A DNA stretch of 64,000 nt from Alphaproteobacteria bacterium. Lineage in GTDB: Bacteria > Pseudomonadota > Alphaproteobacteria > CAAHEQ01 > UBA3637. This document shows positions 30,119 through 39,521 of the stretch, in pieces (positions within the stretch are counted from its first letter, which is position 1; the number at the start of each line of letters is the position of its first letter). Below the pieces are notes generated by a model. That model saw only the letters and a list, made by a program, of their open reading frames with translations, searched no databases and was not told where the DNA came from. The stretch lies in assembly GCA_017958225.1 (NCBI GenBank), contig JAGDDD010000018.1, positions 613 to 64,612 on the forward strand, in the 5' to 3' direction. The position numbers were made by a program, and so were the translations under genes.

Positions 30119-30352
30119 TGTGTCAAAAAATCTAAAAAATGTAAAGTTCTTTTTTTAATGTGTCAGATTACTTTTATAAGTGTCTGATTTTTATAGAAAA
30201 TACGCGACGCCAAAAATGAAGCGTTTGTCGGCGGGAACAAAAATGATAGTGTTTTTGGCTGATTTCGGTGTCCCAAAAGGACCTCTGTTGTTCAAAAGTT
30301 CATTTTGTCGCAGAAGCAGTAAGTGTTGAGGGCTTATTTTTGGGCTATTTTG

Positions 30353-31057
30353 TTACCGCAGAGGGAGAAAATCCCCTGCCCGCATGATGCTCTCGGCCGC
30401 GTCGGTAAATCGATCCGAATCGTGTAAAACCAAGCCCGGTGCCAGGACAAAGGGTTGTTTTGAGCCCAATGTGCCTTGCACAAGACAGCGTTTGGCGCCC
30501 TCGCCTGCCTTTGACCACAGGGGGAAAACGGTCAAACGCCCTAACCTGCCCTGCAAGCAGGCCAAAATTTCGGGAACGCACTCCGTCCGGTGTATCAGTG
30601 TCAGCGTGCCGCGCGGGCGCAAACGTTTCACGCAAAAATCTAACCACGTCGCCAAAGGCACGTTGGTGTGCGCCGTGTGCGCGTATTTTTGCCGTGGCGG
30701 CAATTGCGAAAAGTAAGGCGGATTCGTGACAATATGGTCAAATTGTTCGCCTTTGAGTGTTTGTTTGTTTTGAACGCTACCACGCACCCACTGCGCCTCA
30801 ATCTTGTTGATTTTGGCGTTTTCCTGCGCATAAGAGAGCATTTCCGGATCGTTGTCCATGCCTGTTAAAATAATCCCGGGGATTCGCGCCGCCAGGCACA
30901 GCCCGACCGCCCCTGTTCCGCATCCGACGTCCAATACGCGTTGGCCGGCTTTGGCCGGAACGGCAGCAGCGACAAAAACAGCATCATTGGTGGCCTTATA
31001 CCCGGTTTGGTGAAGGTGTAAGCGGCCGCCTAAAAAAGCATCATAAGCATTTGACAT
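30353..31057 (-). CDS. N6-adenine-type SAM methyltransferase (TrmN6/YfiC-like)
   Basis: VLDVGCGTGAVGL SAM motif and IVTNPPYF catalytic motif. Confidence 0.7.
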   Translation of the reverse strand: MSNAYDAFLGGRLHLHQTGYKATNDAVFVAAAVPAKAGQRVLDVGCGTGAVGLCLAARIPGIILTGMDNDPEMLSYAQENAKINKIEAQWVRGSVQNKQTLKGEQFDHIVTNPPYFSQLPPRQKYAHTAHTNVPLATWLDFCVKRLRPRGTLTLIHRTECVPEILACLQGRLGRLTVFPLWSKAGEGAKRCLVQGTLGSKQPFVLAPGLVLHDSDRFTDAAESIMRAGDFLPLR

Positions 31058-31060
31058 AAA

Positions 31061-31498
31061 CTAGCGCTCGTTTCCTTTGTTAGCAGGGAAGCGTCCAAAG
31101 TTGCCTAACAGCTCTTCCATCGAGCTGAGGTCTTTGCCATAGGTTTTGGTGGTGGTCGAATCTGGCACAATATCGTTTCCGTCGTCCAAGGTATAAAAAC
31201 GCGTTGCCTCAACAATATCGCGCTTGTTAAAAGTTACGACGAAAATCTGTCGATCAATTTCTTTGGGCGGTAAAAAGCCGCGCGTTTGTTCTTTAGAGGC
31301 AATATAGATCCATGATTCTTTTTCAAATAATGAAATTGTTGCCGGCGAGCCGATCAGGCGTGTTACGTCCTCTTTGTTGCTTTTGCCCACGCGAATCTTG
31401 ACGCGATCTTCGGTCAAAGGCACGTGTCCAACTTCATTGACGGGCAACCAAGAGCAGCCGGCTAACAGAAGACATAAAAGCAAACAACGCTTGAACAT
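31061..31498 (-). CDS. bamE: outer membrane protein assembly factor BamE (SmpA/OmlA)
   Basis: Lipobox LLLAGC, then the SmpA/OmlA-like segment KIRVGKSNKEDVTRLIGSP...ESWIY. Start set at the ATG at 31498. Confidence 0.7.
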   Translation of the reverse strand: MFKRCLLLCLLLAGCSWLPVNEVGHVPLTEDRVKIRVGKSNKEDVTRLIGSPATISLFEKESWIYIASKEQTRGFLPPKEIDRQIFVVTFNKRDIVEATRFYTLDDGNDIVPDSTTTKTYGKDLSSMEELLGNFGRFPANKGNER

Positions 31499-31556
31499 AA
31501 ACTTAAATACTCCTATGATTATCATAGGTATTTTTGGTCAAAAAGGAAAGCAAAAA

Positions 31557-32021
31557 ATGACAAAAAGCGAGTTATGTTACGATGTTGCGGTCCAACACAT
31601 CCCCGCGCAAGGATACAAAATGCAGTTTGAAGCGACAAAGGAAGAGTGTGCGAAAATCGCAAAACGACTGGGGTTGCGCGCCTTAACATCTTTTCAAGGC
31701 AAGGCGGAAATCAAGCGCGGCGACCTAATTTGTGGCCGGCTGTCTTTCCAAGCGCAAGGCGAACAGACCTCGGTTGTCAGTTTGCAACCGGTTGCGCTAA
31801 AAGTCAAAGATTCCATCGATTTGATATTCGTTGACAAGGAGCCGGAAGAGGCGTCTTTAGAAGAAATTGCGCTGATAGAGCAGGGCGTTATTCATTTAGG
31901 CGAGCTGTTTATTCAATATTTGTCGTTGGCGCTGCCCGATTATCCGCGCAACAAGGGCGAAGTGTTTGAAAGTCACGAAGACGCAACACCTAATCCGTTT
32001 GCCGTATTGAAAAAACTTTAA
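31557..32021 (+). CDS. YceD/DUF177 family protein
   Basis: 154 aa. Acidic C-terminal half with HLGELFIQYLSLALPDYPR and a C-terminal NPFAVLKKL, typical of DUF177. Start set at the ATG at 31557. Confidence 0.65.
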   Translation: MTKSELCYDVAVQHIPAQGYKMQFEATKEECAKIAKRLGLRALTSFQGKAEIKRGDLICGRLSFQAQGEQTSVVSLQPVALKVKDSIDLIFVDKEPEEASLEEIALIEQGVIHLGELFIQYLSLALPDYPRNKGEVFESHEDATPNPFAVLKKL

Positions 32022-33079
32022 TTCCAAATACGTTGGAAGGGTGCTCCCTGTCCGAATCGCAACAAGATTTCATAAGGAATAGTGCCGGCGTCCTGTGCCA
32101 TATCGTCGGCGGTATAAACATCATTTAAAATATCGACCATGTCTCCCGCGTGCACATCGGGAATATCTGTGATGTCGCACATCAGGTTGTCCATACAAAC
32201 ACGCCCGATAATAGGAGCTGCCTGGCCGTTGACATAAACCTTTCCGACGTTCGACAACGAACGGAACATACCGTTGCCATAGCCAAACGCTAAAACAGCG
32301 ACCTTGCGGTCTGTGGCGGCGGTATAAGTTGCGCCATAACTGACGGATTGATGCGCCGGGACGGTGGCGATTTGTAATATAGGTGCGCGGACAAATAATA
32401 CAGGCTTGACATCCGCGCCTTTTGGGGCCTGTATGCCATACAACAACGCGCCAATACGCACCAAATCAAAGACAAAATCTTTGCCTAACGCCGTGCCGGC
32501 TGATTGCGCTAAAGAGGCTTGTGCATTGGGGAAAAGTTGCTTTTGTTGGACAAAAGACGTCAATTGTTGTGTATTGAGCGGATGATCAGGCGTGTCAGAA
32601 CAGGCCAGATGCGAAAAACACATGGTGACCGAGGCTTTGTCTTCGGGCGACAACTGTGCCACATCTTGAGGTCTCAAGCCTAAGCGATTTAAGCCCGTTT
32701 CAACAAACAACGCCGGCTGAATATCTTTAATGTCTTGCTTTTTCCAATCTTGCCAGGTCGGCAACGAGGAAATCACGGGCGTTAAATGATATTGGCGGAC
32801 AATGTCTAACGTGTCAGCGCCAATTTCCTGCAAAACATAAATGTGAGCATTCGGCGCCATTTGGCGAATCGCTTTGCCTTCATCGGCCCAGGCAACGCAA
32901 AAATGACGCGCGCCTTCCGCTAACAGGGCTTTGACGACGTGTTCCACTCCCAAGCCATAGGCATCGTCTTTGACAACGCAGGCGACTTGAGCCGGCTGCG
33001 CCAACTGCGTAGCCACTTGATAGTTGTGGCGCAGATTGCCTAAATGAATATGCATTTGCGGATAAGTCGTCTGAATCAT
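32018..33079 (-). CDS. alr: alanine racemase
   Basis: 353 aa. PLP-lysine region ACVVKDDAYGLG, then VSYGATYTA and MDNLMCDIT. Confidence 0.85.
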   Translation of the reverse strand: MIQTTYPQMHIHLGNLRHNYQVATQLAQPAQVACVVKDDAYGLGVEHVVKALLAEGARHFCVAWADEGKAIRQMAPNAHIYVLQEIGADTLDIVRQYHLTPVISSLPTWQDWKKQDIKDIQPALFVETGLNRLGLRPQDVAQLSPEDKASVTMCFSHLACSDTPDHPLNTQQLTSFVQQKQLFPNAQASLAQSAGTALGKDFVFDLVRIGALLYGIQAPKGADVKPVLFVRAPILQIATVPAHQSVSYGATYTAATDRKVAVLAFGYGNGMFRSLSNVGKVYVNGQAAPIIGRVCMDNLMCDITDIPDVHAGDMVDILNDVYTADDMAQDAGTIPYEILLRFGQGAPFQRIWN

Positions 33080-33176
33080 AAAAACTCTCTTTTTTGATAA
33101 GCGGGCTTACTGTATCTTTTTTTACCCGAAAAGTCAATATGATTTTGCTTTTTTATCGTTTCGCGGTATAATCAAT

Positions 33177-33836
33177 ATGTCAACGAACGTTAAGGAGCCG
33201 CAAATGACAACAAATTCAATATCTGCCGCAATGGAAAGAACGCGCAAACATATCGTGCAGCGCCGCTTGAAAGCACAAGGCGTTTTTATGGACGGCGTCG
33301 TTACGGCCGACGAAATGAAACGATTGAGAGACGATTTTAACGAAGCGTATTATGAACTGTTCATTCTGCGCCACATGTTGCGTCAACAAAAAGGCAACAT
33401 GGACAAGATGTCCGAGGCACAACGGGCGGAGCTTGCCAATCAGATGAATGCTTTGAAAACAACGGAGATGTTAGTGTTCAAAAGTTTTTGTCATGCGGCA
33501 GAAGCCTTGAAAAAAGCCCGAACAATGCGCTCGCAAGATCAAGTGGTGCGGTCGCGCGACAAAACAGTAAAGCCTGAGCGGAAGGTGCGCAATGCTGCGT
33601 CTCGGGGCGTCAGTTTGTCACCGCGCAATGCGTTGCGACGTCTGCGGATTCGTTTGACGCCGGAAGAAATGGCGTTGTTGAGCGGCTGTGTTCTGCATGT
33701 GCTGGAACCGCGCAGAAGCCGCGACGCCCGGATGGACGTTGAGCGCAATTTGTTGCGTGTCGCGCGCATGATTCGTAGCGGAGAACGGCGCAAGGATGTC
33801 TTGATGGCTGCGTTGCGCGAAGGCCGCACGCGATAA
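33177..33836 (+). CDS. hypothetical Arg/Lys-rich protein
   Basis: 219-aa ORF, very basic, with no recognised motif. The only long ORF in this interval. Confidence 0.45.
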   Translation: MSTNVKEPQMTTNSISAAMERTRKHIVQRRLKAQGVFMDGVVTADEMKRLRDDFNEAYYELFILRHMLRQQKGNMDKMSEAQRAELANQMNALKTTEMLVFKSFCHAAEALKKARTMRSQDQVVRSRDKTVKPERKVRNAASRGVSLSPRNALRRLRIRLTPEEMALLSGCVLHVLEPRRSRDARMDVERNLLRVARMIRSGERRKDVLMAALREGRTR

Positions 33837-33909
33837 AAAAGACTTGACTTTTGTGTAAAATTAAAGTAAAAAGTCAGCCTGACAGAAAAGAAAAAACGGA
33901 GTGATATCA

Positions 33910-34044
33910 ATGAAACGTACATTTCAACCTTCTCAATTAGTTCGTTCTCGTCGCCACGGTTTCAGAAGTCGTATGGCTACAGCCGACGGACGCAACGTGC
34001 TCAGCAAACGTCGCGCCAAAGGGCGTAAGGTTCTCAGCGCTTAA
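33910..34044 (+). CDS. rpmH: 50S ribosomal protein L34
   Basis: Translated by eye as [44 protein letters not shown]. Below the ORF-track length cutoff. GGAG RBS upstream. Precedes rnpA. Confidence 0.95.
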   Translation: MKRTFQPSQLVRSRRHGFRSRMATADGRNVLSKRRAKGRKVLSA

Positions 34045-34053
34045 GAGGCTCTC

Positions 34054-34398
34054 GTGCCGGTTGTTCCTACCACGCGCCTTAAAAAAAGACACGATTTTGT
34101 TAAAATCTCTCAACAAGGCCGGCGCTTTTTTGCAACGGCTTTTGTTTTGCAGGTTCTTGACAGGGGAGAAAATGACCCGTTAGGACCTGTGGCGCGAGTT
34201 GGCTTTACCACCAGTCGCAAGGTTGGCTCGGCCGTTCAACGCAATCGGGCCAGACGTCGCCTGCGTGAATTGGCGCGTTTGACTTTGCCGGCGATAGCAC
34301 AGCCCGGATACGATTATGTTTTTGTCGGCACAAAAGCCGCCATCGATTATCCCTTTGCGCAAATGCAGCAGGAATTAGCCAAATTATTGAGCTCGTGA
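34054..34398 (+). CDS. rnpA: ribonuclease P protein component
   Basis: 114 aa, GTG start. Motifs RLKKRHDF, RVGFTTSRKVGSAVQRNRARRRLRE. Confidence 0.85.
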   Translation: MPVVPTTRLKKRHDFVKISQQGRRFFATAFVLQVLDRGENDPLGPVARVGFTTSRKVGSAVQRNRARRRLRELARLTLPAIAQPGYDYVFVGTKAAIDYPFAQMQQELAKLLSS

Positions 34399-34409
34399 GG
34401 AAATATATC

Positions 34410-34655
34410 ATGAATCCTGCACAATATCTGGCTATAAAATTAATTCAGTGCTATAAAGTATGTGTATCTCCTTTTTTGGGAAAACATTGTCGTTTTGAGC
34501 CGACGTGTTCTGCCTATACGCAAGAGGCTATACAAAAATACGGATTCGTGAAAGGTTGCTATATGGGCGCTTGCCGAATCTTGCATTGTCATCCCCGGGG
34601 CGGCAGCGGTTACGCACCCGTTCCGGAAAAGAAAGAGGTTTATTATGAAAAATAA
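34410..34655 (+). CDS. yidD: membrane protein insertion efficiency factor YidD
   Basis: YKVCVSPFLGKHCRFEPTCSAYTQEAI and CHP.GGSGYAPVP. GAGGAA RBS before the ATG at 34410. Confidence 0.85.
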   Translation: MNPAQYLAIKLIQCYKVCVSPFLGKHCRFEPTCSAYTQEAIQKYGFVKGCYMGACRILHCHPRGGSGYAPVPEKKEVYYEK

Positions 34656-36258
34656 AGATGTTTTGTTAGCCATTGTTTTAGGCTTGTTGGCGTTTATGGT
34701 GGTCGATTTTTTCTTTCCCAAGACGGCCCGACAATCCGTTGTTCAAACGCAGGCTGTTGTTGAAAACGCGGAAGAAGTCAAACCTGTTGTTGCCCAAGAT
34801 CAACCCTATGTGCCGGTGCATAACAAGCGCGTCGATGGTCGTATTTCTTTGCGTGGCGCAGCTCTCATAGATTGGAAATTGTTGGATTATAAAGAGACCT
34901 TGGCGGCCGATAGCCCGAAAGTTCAAGTGTTGTCCGCGCACAATACAGCGCAAAGCGGTTTTTCCTCGACAACCACAGACGTGCCCCAGGCGGACACCCT
35001 ATGGAAAGCCGATCAAAAAAAATTGACCGAGAATCGCCCTCTGACATTGCGCTGGCGTAATGCCCAGGGCGTTGAGTTCGTGCGTGTGTTCCTGTTGGAT
35101 GATAACTATATGCTGACCGTGACCGATCGCGCTATCAACCGTTCTCAACAAAAAGCGGTGGTGCGGTGGAGAGGGCAAATTACCGCCGTCAATCCGTCTA
35201 CGGAAAGATCAACGGTTCATCAAGGATTCGTCGGCGTGATGGATGATGTGTTGCAGGAAGAAACGTTTGAAACAGTCAAAAAAGACGGACAAAAGCGCTT
35301 TTCCACGCAAAAAGGTTGGTTGGGGATTACGAGCAAATATTGGCTGACAAGCATAGCGTTTGAAAGCACAGGCATGATTCAAACAGACTATCGCTATCAG
35401 CAACAACAAGCCGACGATGTCTATACAGCGCAGGCGTTGAGCGAAGAAAGAGTTTTGGACCCCGGCCAAAGCACGGAGCAAGTGTCTTATGTGTTTGTCG
35501 GACCGAAAGAATACCGCCTGTTGTCGTCTTATCAGCAAGCGTTGAATATTCCCAAGTTTGATTTGGCTATCGACTTTGGTTGGTATTTCTTTTTAACAAA
35601 ACCATTCTTGCTGTTGCTCGGCTGGTTTTATCAGTGGATAGGCAACATGGGCGCGGCCATTTTGTTGTTGGCGACGATTGTGCGTCTGTTGATGTTGCCG
35701 GTGGCCTCTAAATCATTCGAAAGCATGGCCAAGATGAAGAAGTTGCAACCGGAAATGGCACAGCTGCAAGCGATGTATAAAAACGACAAAATGCGCCTCA
35801 ATCAAGAAATGTTGCTGCTGTATAAGAAACATCATGTCAGCCCGGCCTCTGGTTGTTTGCCTGTCTTTATACAAATCCCGGTGTTCTTTTCCTTGTATAA
35901 AGTGTTGTCGGTCGCCATAGAAATGCGGCAAGCTCCGTTTATTTGGTGGATTCATGATTTGTCTGCGCCCGATCCCAGTTCTGTTTTCACACTGTTTGGG
36001 CTTGTTCCCTGGCCGATTCCGTCCTTCTTGAACTTGGGCGTGTTGCCGGTCTTGATGGGTGTGACGATGTATATTCAACAAAAGATGACGCCGACCACGA
36101 ATCCGGATCAGAAAACCAATCCGGCGCTGCAGTGGATGCCGATTTTATTCACCTTTATGTTTGGGCGCATGGCCTCCGGTTTGGTGCTCTACTGGACATG
36201 GAGCAATATTTTGTCCATGATTCAGCAAAGGTATATTATGCGTAAAACAAAGGCATAA
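34645..36258 (+). CDS. yidC: membrane protein insertase YidC
   Basis: 537 aa. Periplasmic domain followed by the Oxa1 core (GWYFFLTKP, LQPEMAQLQAMYKNDK, GCLPVFIQIPVFFSLY). Confidence 0.9.
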   Translation: MKNKDVLLAIVLGLLAFMVVDFFFPKTARQSVVQTQAVVENAEEVKPVVAQDQPYVPVHNKRVDGRISLRGAALIDWKLLDYKETLAADSPKVQVLSAHNTAQSGFSSTTTDVPQADTLWKADQKKLTENRPLTLRWRNAQGVEFVRVFLLDDNYMLTVTDRAINRSQQKAVVRWRGQITAVNPSTERSTVHQGFVGVMDDVLQEETFETVKKDGQKRFSTQKGWLGITSKYWLTSIAFESTGMIQTDYRYQQQQADDVYTAQALSEERVLDPGQSTEQVSYVFVGPKEYRLLSSYQQALNIPKFDLAIDFGWYFFLTKPFLLLLGWFYQWIGNMGAAILLLATIVRLLMLPVASKSFESMAKMKKLQPEMAQLQAMYKNDKMRLNQEMLLLYKKHHVSPASGCLPVFIQIPVFFSLYKVLSVAIEMRQAPFIWWIHDLSAPDPSSVFTLFGLVPWPIPSFLNLGVLPVLMGVTMYIQQKMTPTTNPDQKTNPALQWMPILFTFMFGRMASGLVLYWTWSNILSMIQQRYIMRKTKA

Positions 36259-36260
36259 GC

Positions 36261-36872
36261 ATGACGCCGGCGCAAAAGTTATTTCGTTCTCCTTGTGCTT
36301 TTATCGGCTCGGTCGCACAATGGCATCAGTTGCCCCCGTGTGACAAGCCTGAGTTTGCGTTTGTCGGGCGCTCTAACGCGGGCAAATCCAGTCTGCTCAA
36401 TGCGCTTGTCGGACAACAGGTGGCGCGCGCTTCTGCCACGCCCGGACGCACACAGCAATTGAACTTTTTTTGCCTCAATCAGCGAATCTATTTGGTCGAT
36501 TTGCCGGGCTACGGGTTTGCGAAAGCGCCGAAAGCCCAAGTTAAAAGTTGGCAGTCGTCCATGCGCACTTATTTGCGCGGTCGACCTAATTTGCGCCGCG
36601 TTTTTTTGCTGATGGACGCACGCCAAGGCGTGATGAAAAGTGATGAGGACATGATGACTTTGCTGGACGAAACAGCAGTGGTTTTTCAAATCGTGCTAAC
36701 CAAAGCCGACAAGTTGTCTGCCGCTCAACAAGAGCAGGCGATTCGCCAAGTGCAACAAGCGTCTGAAAAGCATGTGGCGCGTTATCCGGACATTGTGCTG
36801 ACCAGCGCGCAAACGGGGCAGGGCGTCGAATCTGTCCAAGAAGCTGTCTATACGGGCATACAACATAGATAA
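36261..36872 (+). CDS. engB: ribosome biogenesis GTP-binding protein EngB/YihA
   Basis: G1 motif GRSNAGKSSLLNAL, then TPGRTQ, DLPGYG and TKADK. Confidence 0.85.
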   Translation: MTPAQKLFRSPCAFIGSVAQWHQLPPCDKPEFAFVGRSNAGKSSLLNALVGQQVARASATPGRTQQLNFFCLNQRIYLVDLPGYGFAKAPKAQVKSWQSSMRTYLRGRPNLRRVFLLMDARQGVMKSDEDMMTLLDETAVVFQIVLTKADKLSAAQQEQAIRQVQQASEKHVARYPDIVLTSAQTGQGVESVQEAVYTGIQHR

Positions 36873-36877
36873 AATTG

Positions 36878-36906
36878 TTGACAAATTGAACAAAATCGGT
36901 TATCTT
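36878..36906 (+). promoter_or_regulatory. putative sigma-70 promoter of mipZ (TTGACA-17-TATCTT)
   Basis: Read directly: TTGACA at 36878..36883, 17-nt spacer, TATCTT at 36901..36906. Confidence 0.45.
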
Positions 36907-36938
36907 GCATTTCTACGTTTTTTGAAGGAAGGAACACT

Positions 36939-37709
36939 ATGCGTGCAAAAATAGTCGTTATCGGTAATGAAAAAGGGGGAACGGGAAAATCAACATTGGC
37001 CATGCACTTGGCGGTGCTTTGGCTGCGTCAGGGTAAAAAAGTTGTAACCATGGATTTGGACGGCCGGCAAGGCACATTATCCAAATACTTGGAAAACAGA
37101 AAGGCTTTTGCGACACGTCGGCAGATAGATTTGCCTATGCCGGAGCATGTGCGTATGAGCAATATTTCGAACGAAGTGTTGTTTTTGCGGGCTCAACTGG
37201 ATCGTTTGCGCAACGACTTTGATGTCATCATTTTAGACACGCCGGGTGCGGATACCGCTTTAAGTTCCGAAGCTATTTTCCAGGCAGATTTGCTGGTTAC
37301 CCCCATCAACGACAGTTTAGTCGATTTGGATGTGTTGGCGTCCATTGATCCGCAGAGCATGACATTAAGAGGGCCCAGCCACTACACAGAACGCTTGTTT
37401 TCTGTGTCACAGAAACGCAATCTGATGCAGAAAACGCCGTTGCGTTGGTATGTGGTGCGCAACCGTATGTCGCCCTTTAAGAACAAGAATCGCCAGGCGA
37501 TTGACGCTTTGATGCCGCAATTGGCCTCTAAATTAAAATTCACCTTGTTGCCCAATTTGACAGAGCGTATTATTTTCCGCGAACTGTTCTTGAACGGGCT
37601 GACGATGTTAGATTTGCGTGAAAATGGGCTGCATTATCCGTTGTCCATGTCGCATTTGGCGGCGCGGCAAGAGGTGAGGGCGTTGGCGTGCCAGTTGCCT
37701 TTGACATAA
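36939..37709 (+). CDS. mipZ: division-plane positioning ATPase MipZ
   Basis: VVIGNEKGGTGKST...DLDGRQGTLSKYLENR...DTPG...HLAARQEVRAL tracks my recollection of Caulobacter MipZ along its whole length. Confidence 0.8.
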   Translation: MRAKIVVIGNEKGGTGKSTLAMHLAVLWLRQGKKVVTMDLDGRQGTLSKYLENRKAFATRRQIDLPMPEHVRMSNISNEVLFLRAQLDRLRNDFDVIILDTPGADTALSSEAIFQADLLVTPINDSLVDLDVLASIDPQSMTLRGPSHYTERLFSVSQKRNLMQKTPLRWYVVRNRMSPFKNKNRQAIDALMPQLASKLKFTLLPNLTERIIFRELFLNGLTMLDLRENGLHYPLSMSHLAARQEVRALACQLPLT

Positions 37710-37729
37710 CGAGCAGATAGGGGGAAAAG

Positions 37730-39346
37730 ATGCAGATACAACACATAGCCACACAGCCGATTGCCAACCAGCAAATGGGCACATCCGGCCTGCGTCGTAA
37801 GGTGTCAGAGGTCACAAGCACACCTCATTTTATGGAAAACTTTATTCAGGCGATTTTTAACGCTGTGGATGCCAAAGGCAAAACATTTGTGGTTGGTGGC
37901 GACGGGCGTTATTTGAATAAGCCGGTCCTTCAGTTGATTTTGAAAATGGCGATTGCCAATGGTGTCAAGAAGTTGATAGTCGGTCAAGACGGCCTGTTTT
38001 CGACGCCGGCGGTGTCTTGCGTGATTCGCAAATACAAAACGGACGGCGGCTTTATTTTGTCGGCCAGTCATAACCCGGGCGGCCCTAAGGGCGATTTTGG
38101 CTTGAAGTTTGACGTGGAAAACGGCGGTCCTTGCCCACAGGAAGTGTCGCAACGCATTTACGAGCACACACAAAGTCTGACCGAGTATGTGATTGCTGAT
38201 ATGCCGGATATTGATGTCCATACACAGCAAACGCAAAAGTTTGGTGATACGGAAATTGCCGTTATCGACTCGATAGACGATTACGTTGAGTTGATGAAAG
38301 CTTTGTTTGATTTTGAACAGATTCGTGCATTGTTGGCGTCGGGCTTTCGTATGGTCTATGACGCGATGAATGCCTCGACAGGCCCGTATGCGCTGCGTAT
38401 CTTTGAGCAAGAATTAGGCGCACCTAAAGGCACGGTCCATCACGCGATTCCTTTGGAAGATTTTGGCGGGCTTCATCCGGATCCCAATTTGACCTATGCG
38501 CGCGATTTAGTGGAAATTATGAACGGAGATAAGGCGCCGGATTTTGGTGCTGCGTCAGACGGCGATGGCGACCGCAATATGATTTTAGGGCCGCACTTTT
38601 TTGTCAATCCCAGCGACAGCCTGGCGGTGTTGCTGCATTATGCGGTGCAAAGAAATCCAAAAGGCGTCGTAGGCGTTGCGCGCTCTATGCCGACCTCAAT
38701 GGCGGTGGATCGTGCGGCCAAAGATTTAGGCTTGCCCGTCTATGAGACGCCGACGGGGTGGAAGTTCTTCGGGCATTTGTTGGATGCGGGCAAAATTACC
38801 TTGTGCGGAGAGGAAAGTTTCGGCACAGGCTCTTGCCATTTGCGCGAAAAAGACGGCCTGTGGGCGATTCTGTTTTGGTTGAGCATTTTGGCGCAAACGC
38901 GGCAATCTGTGCAGGCTATTGTGGAAGAGTTGTGGCACAACTATGGTCGCTCTTATCAGATGCGTTATGACTTTGACGGGGTCGATAAGCAGGTGGCCGA
39001 TAATATGATAAAGGCGCTGCGTGAAAAAATGCCCAGCCTGGTCGGTCAAACCTTCGGGCGTTGGCACGTGAAAAAGGCGGACGATTTCGCCTATACGGAT
39101 CCTGTAACAGGTGAGGTGACCGAGCACCAGGGCTTGCGCGTTGTGTTGAACGGCGGGCGCTTGCTGTGTCGCTTGTCAGGCACCGGCACACAGGGCGCAA
39201 CGGTGCGTGTCTATGTGGAAGGCTTTGAGGCGGAACAGGTGCATCAGGAGCCGGCCGACGTTTTGGCGCCTTATATGGAATTGGCGCTGTCTGTTTTTGA
39301 GGTGGAAAAATGGACAGGGCGCACACAACCGTCTGTGATTACATAA
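37730..39346 (+). CDS. pgm: phosphoglucomutase (alpha-D-glucose phosphate-specific)
   Basis: 538 aa. GTSGLR, active-site SASHNPGG, GAASDGDGDRNM and GEESFG motifs. Confidence 0.9.
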   Translation: MQIQHIATQPIANQQMGTSGLRRKVSEVTSTPHFMENFIQAIFNAVDAKGKTFVVGGDGRYLNKPVLQLILKMAIANGVKKLIVGQDGLFSTPAVSCVIRKYKTDGGFILSASHNPGGPKGDFGLKFDVENGGPCPQEVSQRIYEHTQSLTEYVIADMPDIDVHTQQTQKFGDTEIAVIDSIDDYVELMKALFDFEQIRALLASGFRMVYDAMNASTGPYALRIFEQELGAPKGTVHHAIPLEDFGGLHPDPNLTYARDLVEIMNGDKAPDFGAASDGDGDRNMILGPHFFVNPSDSLAVLLHYAVQRNPKGVVGVARSMPTSMAVDRAAKDLGLPVYETPTGWKFFGHLLDAGKITLCGEESFGTGSCHLREKDGLWAILFWLSILAQTRQSVQAIVEELWHNYGRSYQMRYDFDGVDKQVADNMIKALREKMPSLVGQTFGRWHVKKADDFAYTDPVTGEVTEHQGLRVVLNGGRLLCRLSGTGTQGATVRVYVEGFEAEQVHQEPADVLAPYMELALSVFEVEKWTGRTQPSVIT

Positions 39347-39351
39347 AAGCC

Positions 39352-39379
39352 TTGACATTTGCACCATAAGGTGTATAAT
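39352..39379 (+). promoter_or_regulatory. putative sigma-70 promoter of tRNA-Ala (TTGACA-16-TATAAT)
   Basis: Consensus hexamers read directly. The -10 hexamer ends 16 nt before the mature tRNA 5' end. Confidence 0.55.
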
Positions 39380-39395
39380 AGGCCTCGTCTTCTGT

Positions 39396-39471
39396 GGGGA
39401 TATAGCTCAGTTGGTAGAGCGACGCGTTCGCAATGCGTAGGTCAGGAGTTCGAATCTCCTTATCTCCACCA
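39396..39471 (+). tRNA. tRNA-Ala (anticodon CGC)
   Basis: Cloverleaf folded by hand: acceptor GGGGATA/TATCTCC with the G3:U70 Ala identity pair, anticodon loop TTCGCAA, T-loop TTCGAAT, encoded CCA. Confidence 0.9.
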
Positions 39472-39521
39472 TTTTTCTTTTTTAGACTAATCGATAAACA
39501 TCAAAGCCAACACAGGACGAA

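Noticed and set aside
30119-30352. AT-rich 234-bp spacer next to parS with repeated GTGTCAGATT / GTGTCTGATT. Considered as oriC or DnaA boxes.
   Set aside because: Neither repeat matches the DnaA-box consensus (TTATCCACA / TGTGGATAA) or the CtrA TTAA-N7-TTAA consensus. It is most simply the rsmG-parAB promoter region plus the end of the upstream gene.
39061-39076. parS half-site (GGCACGTGAAAAA) inside pgm.
   Set aside because: Only one arm of the palindrome matches, so this is probably chance.
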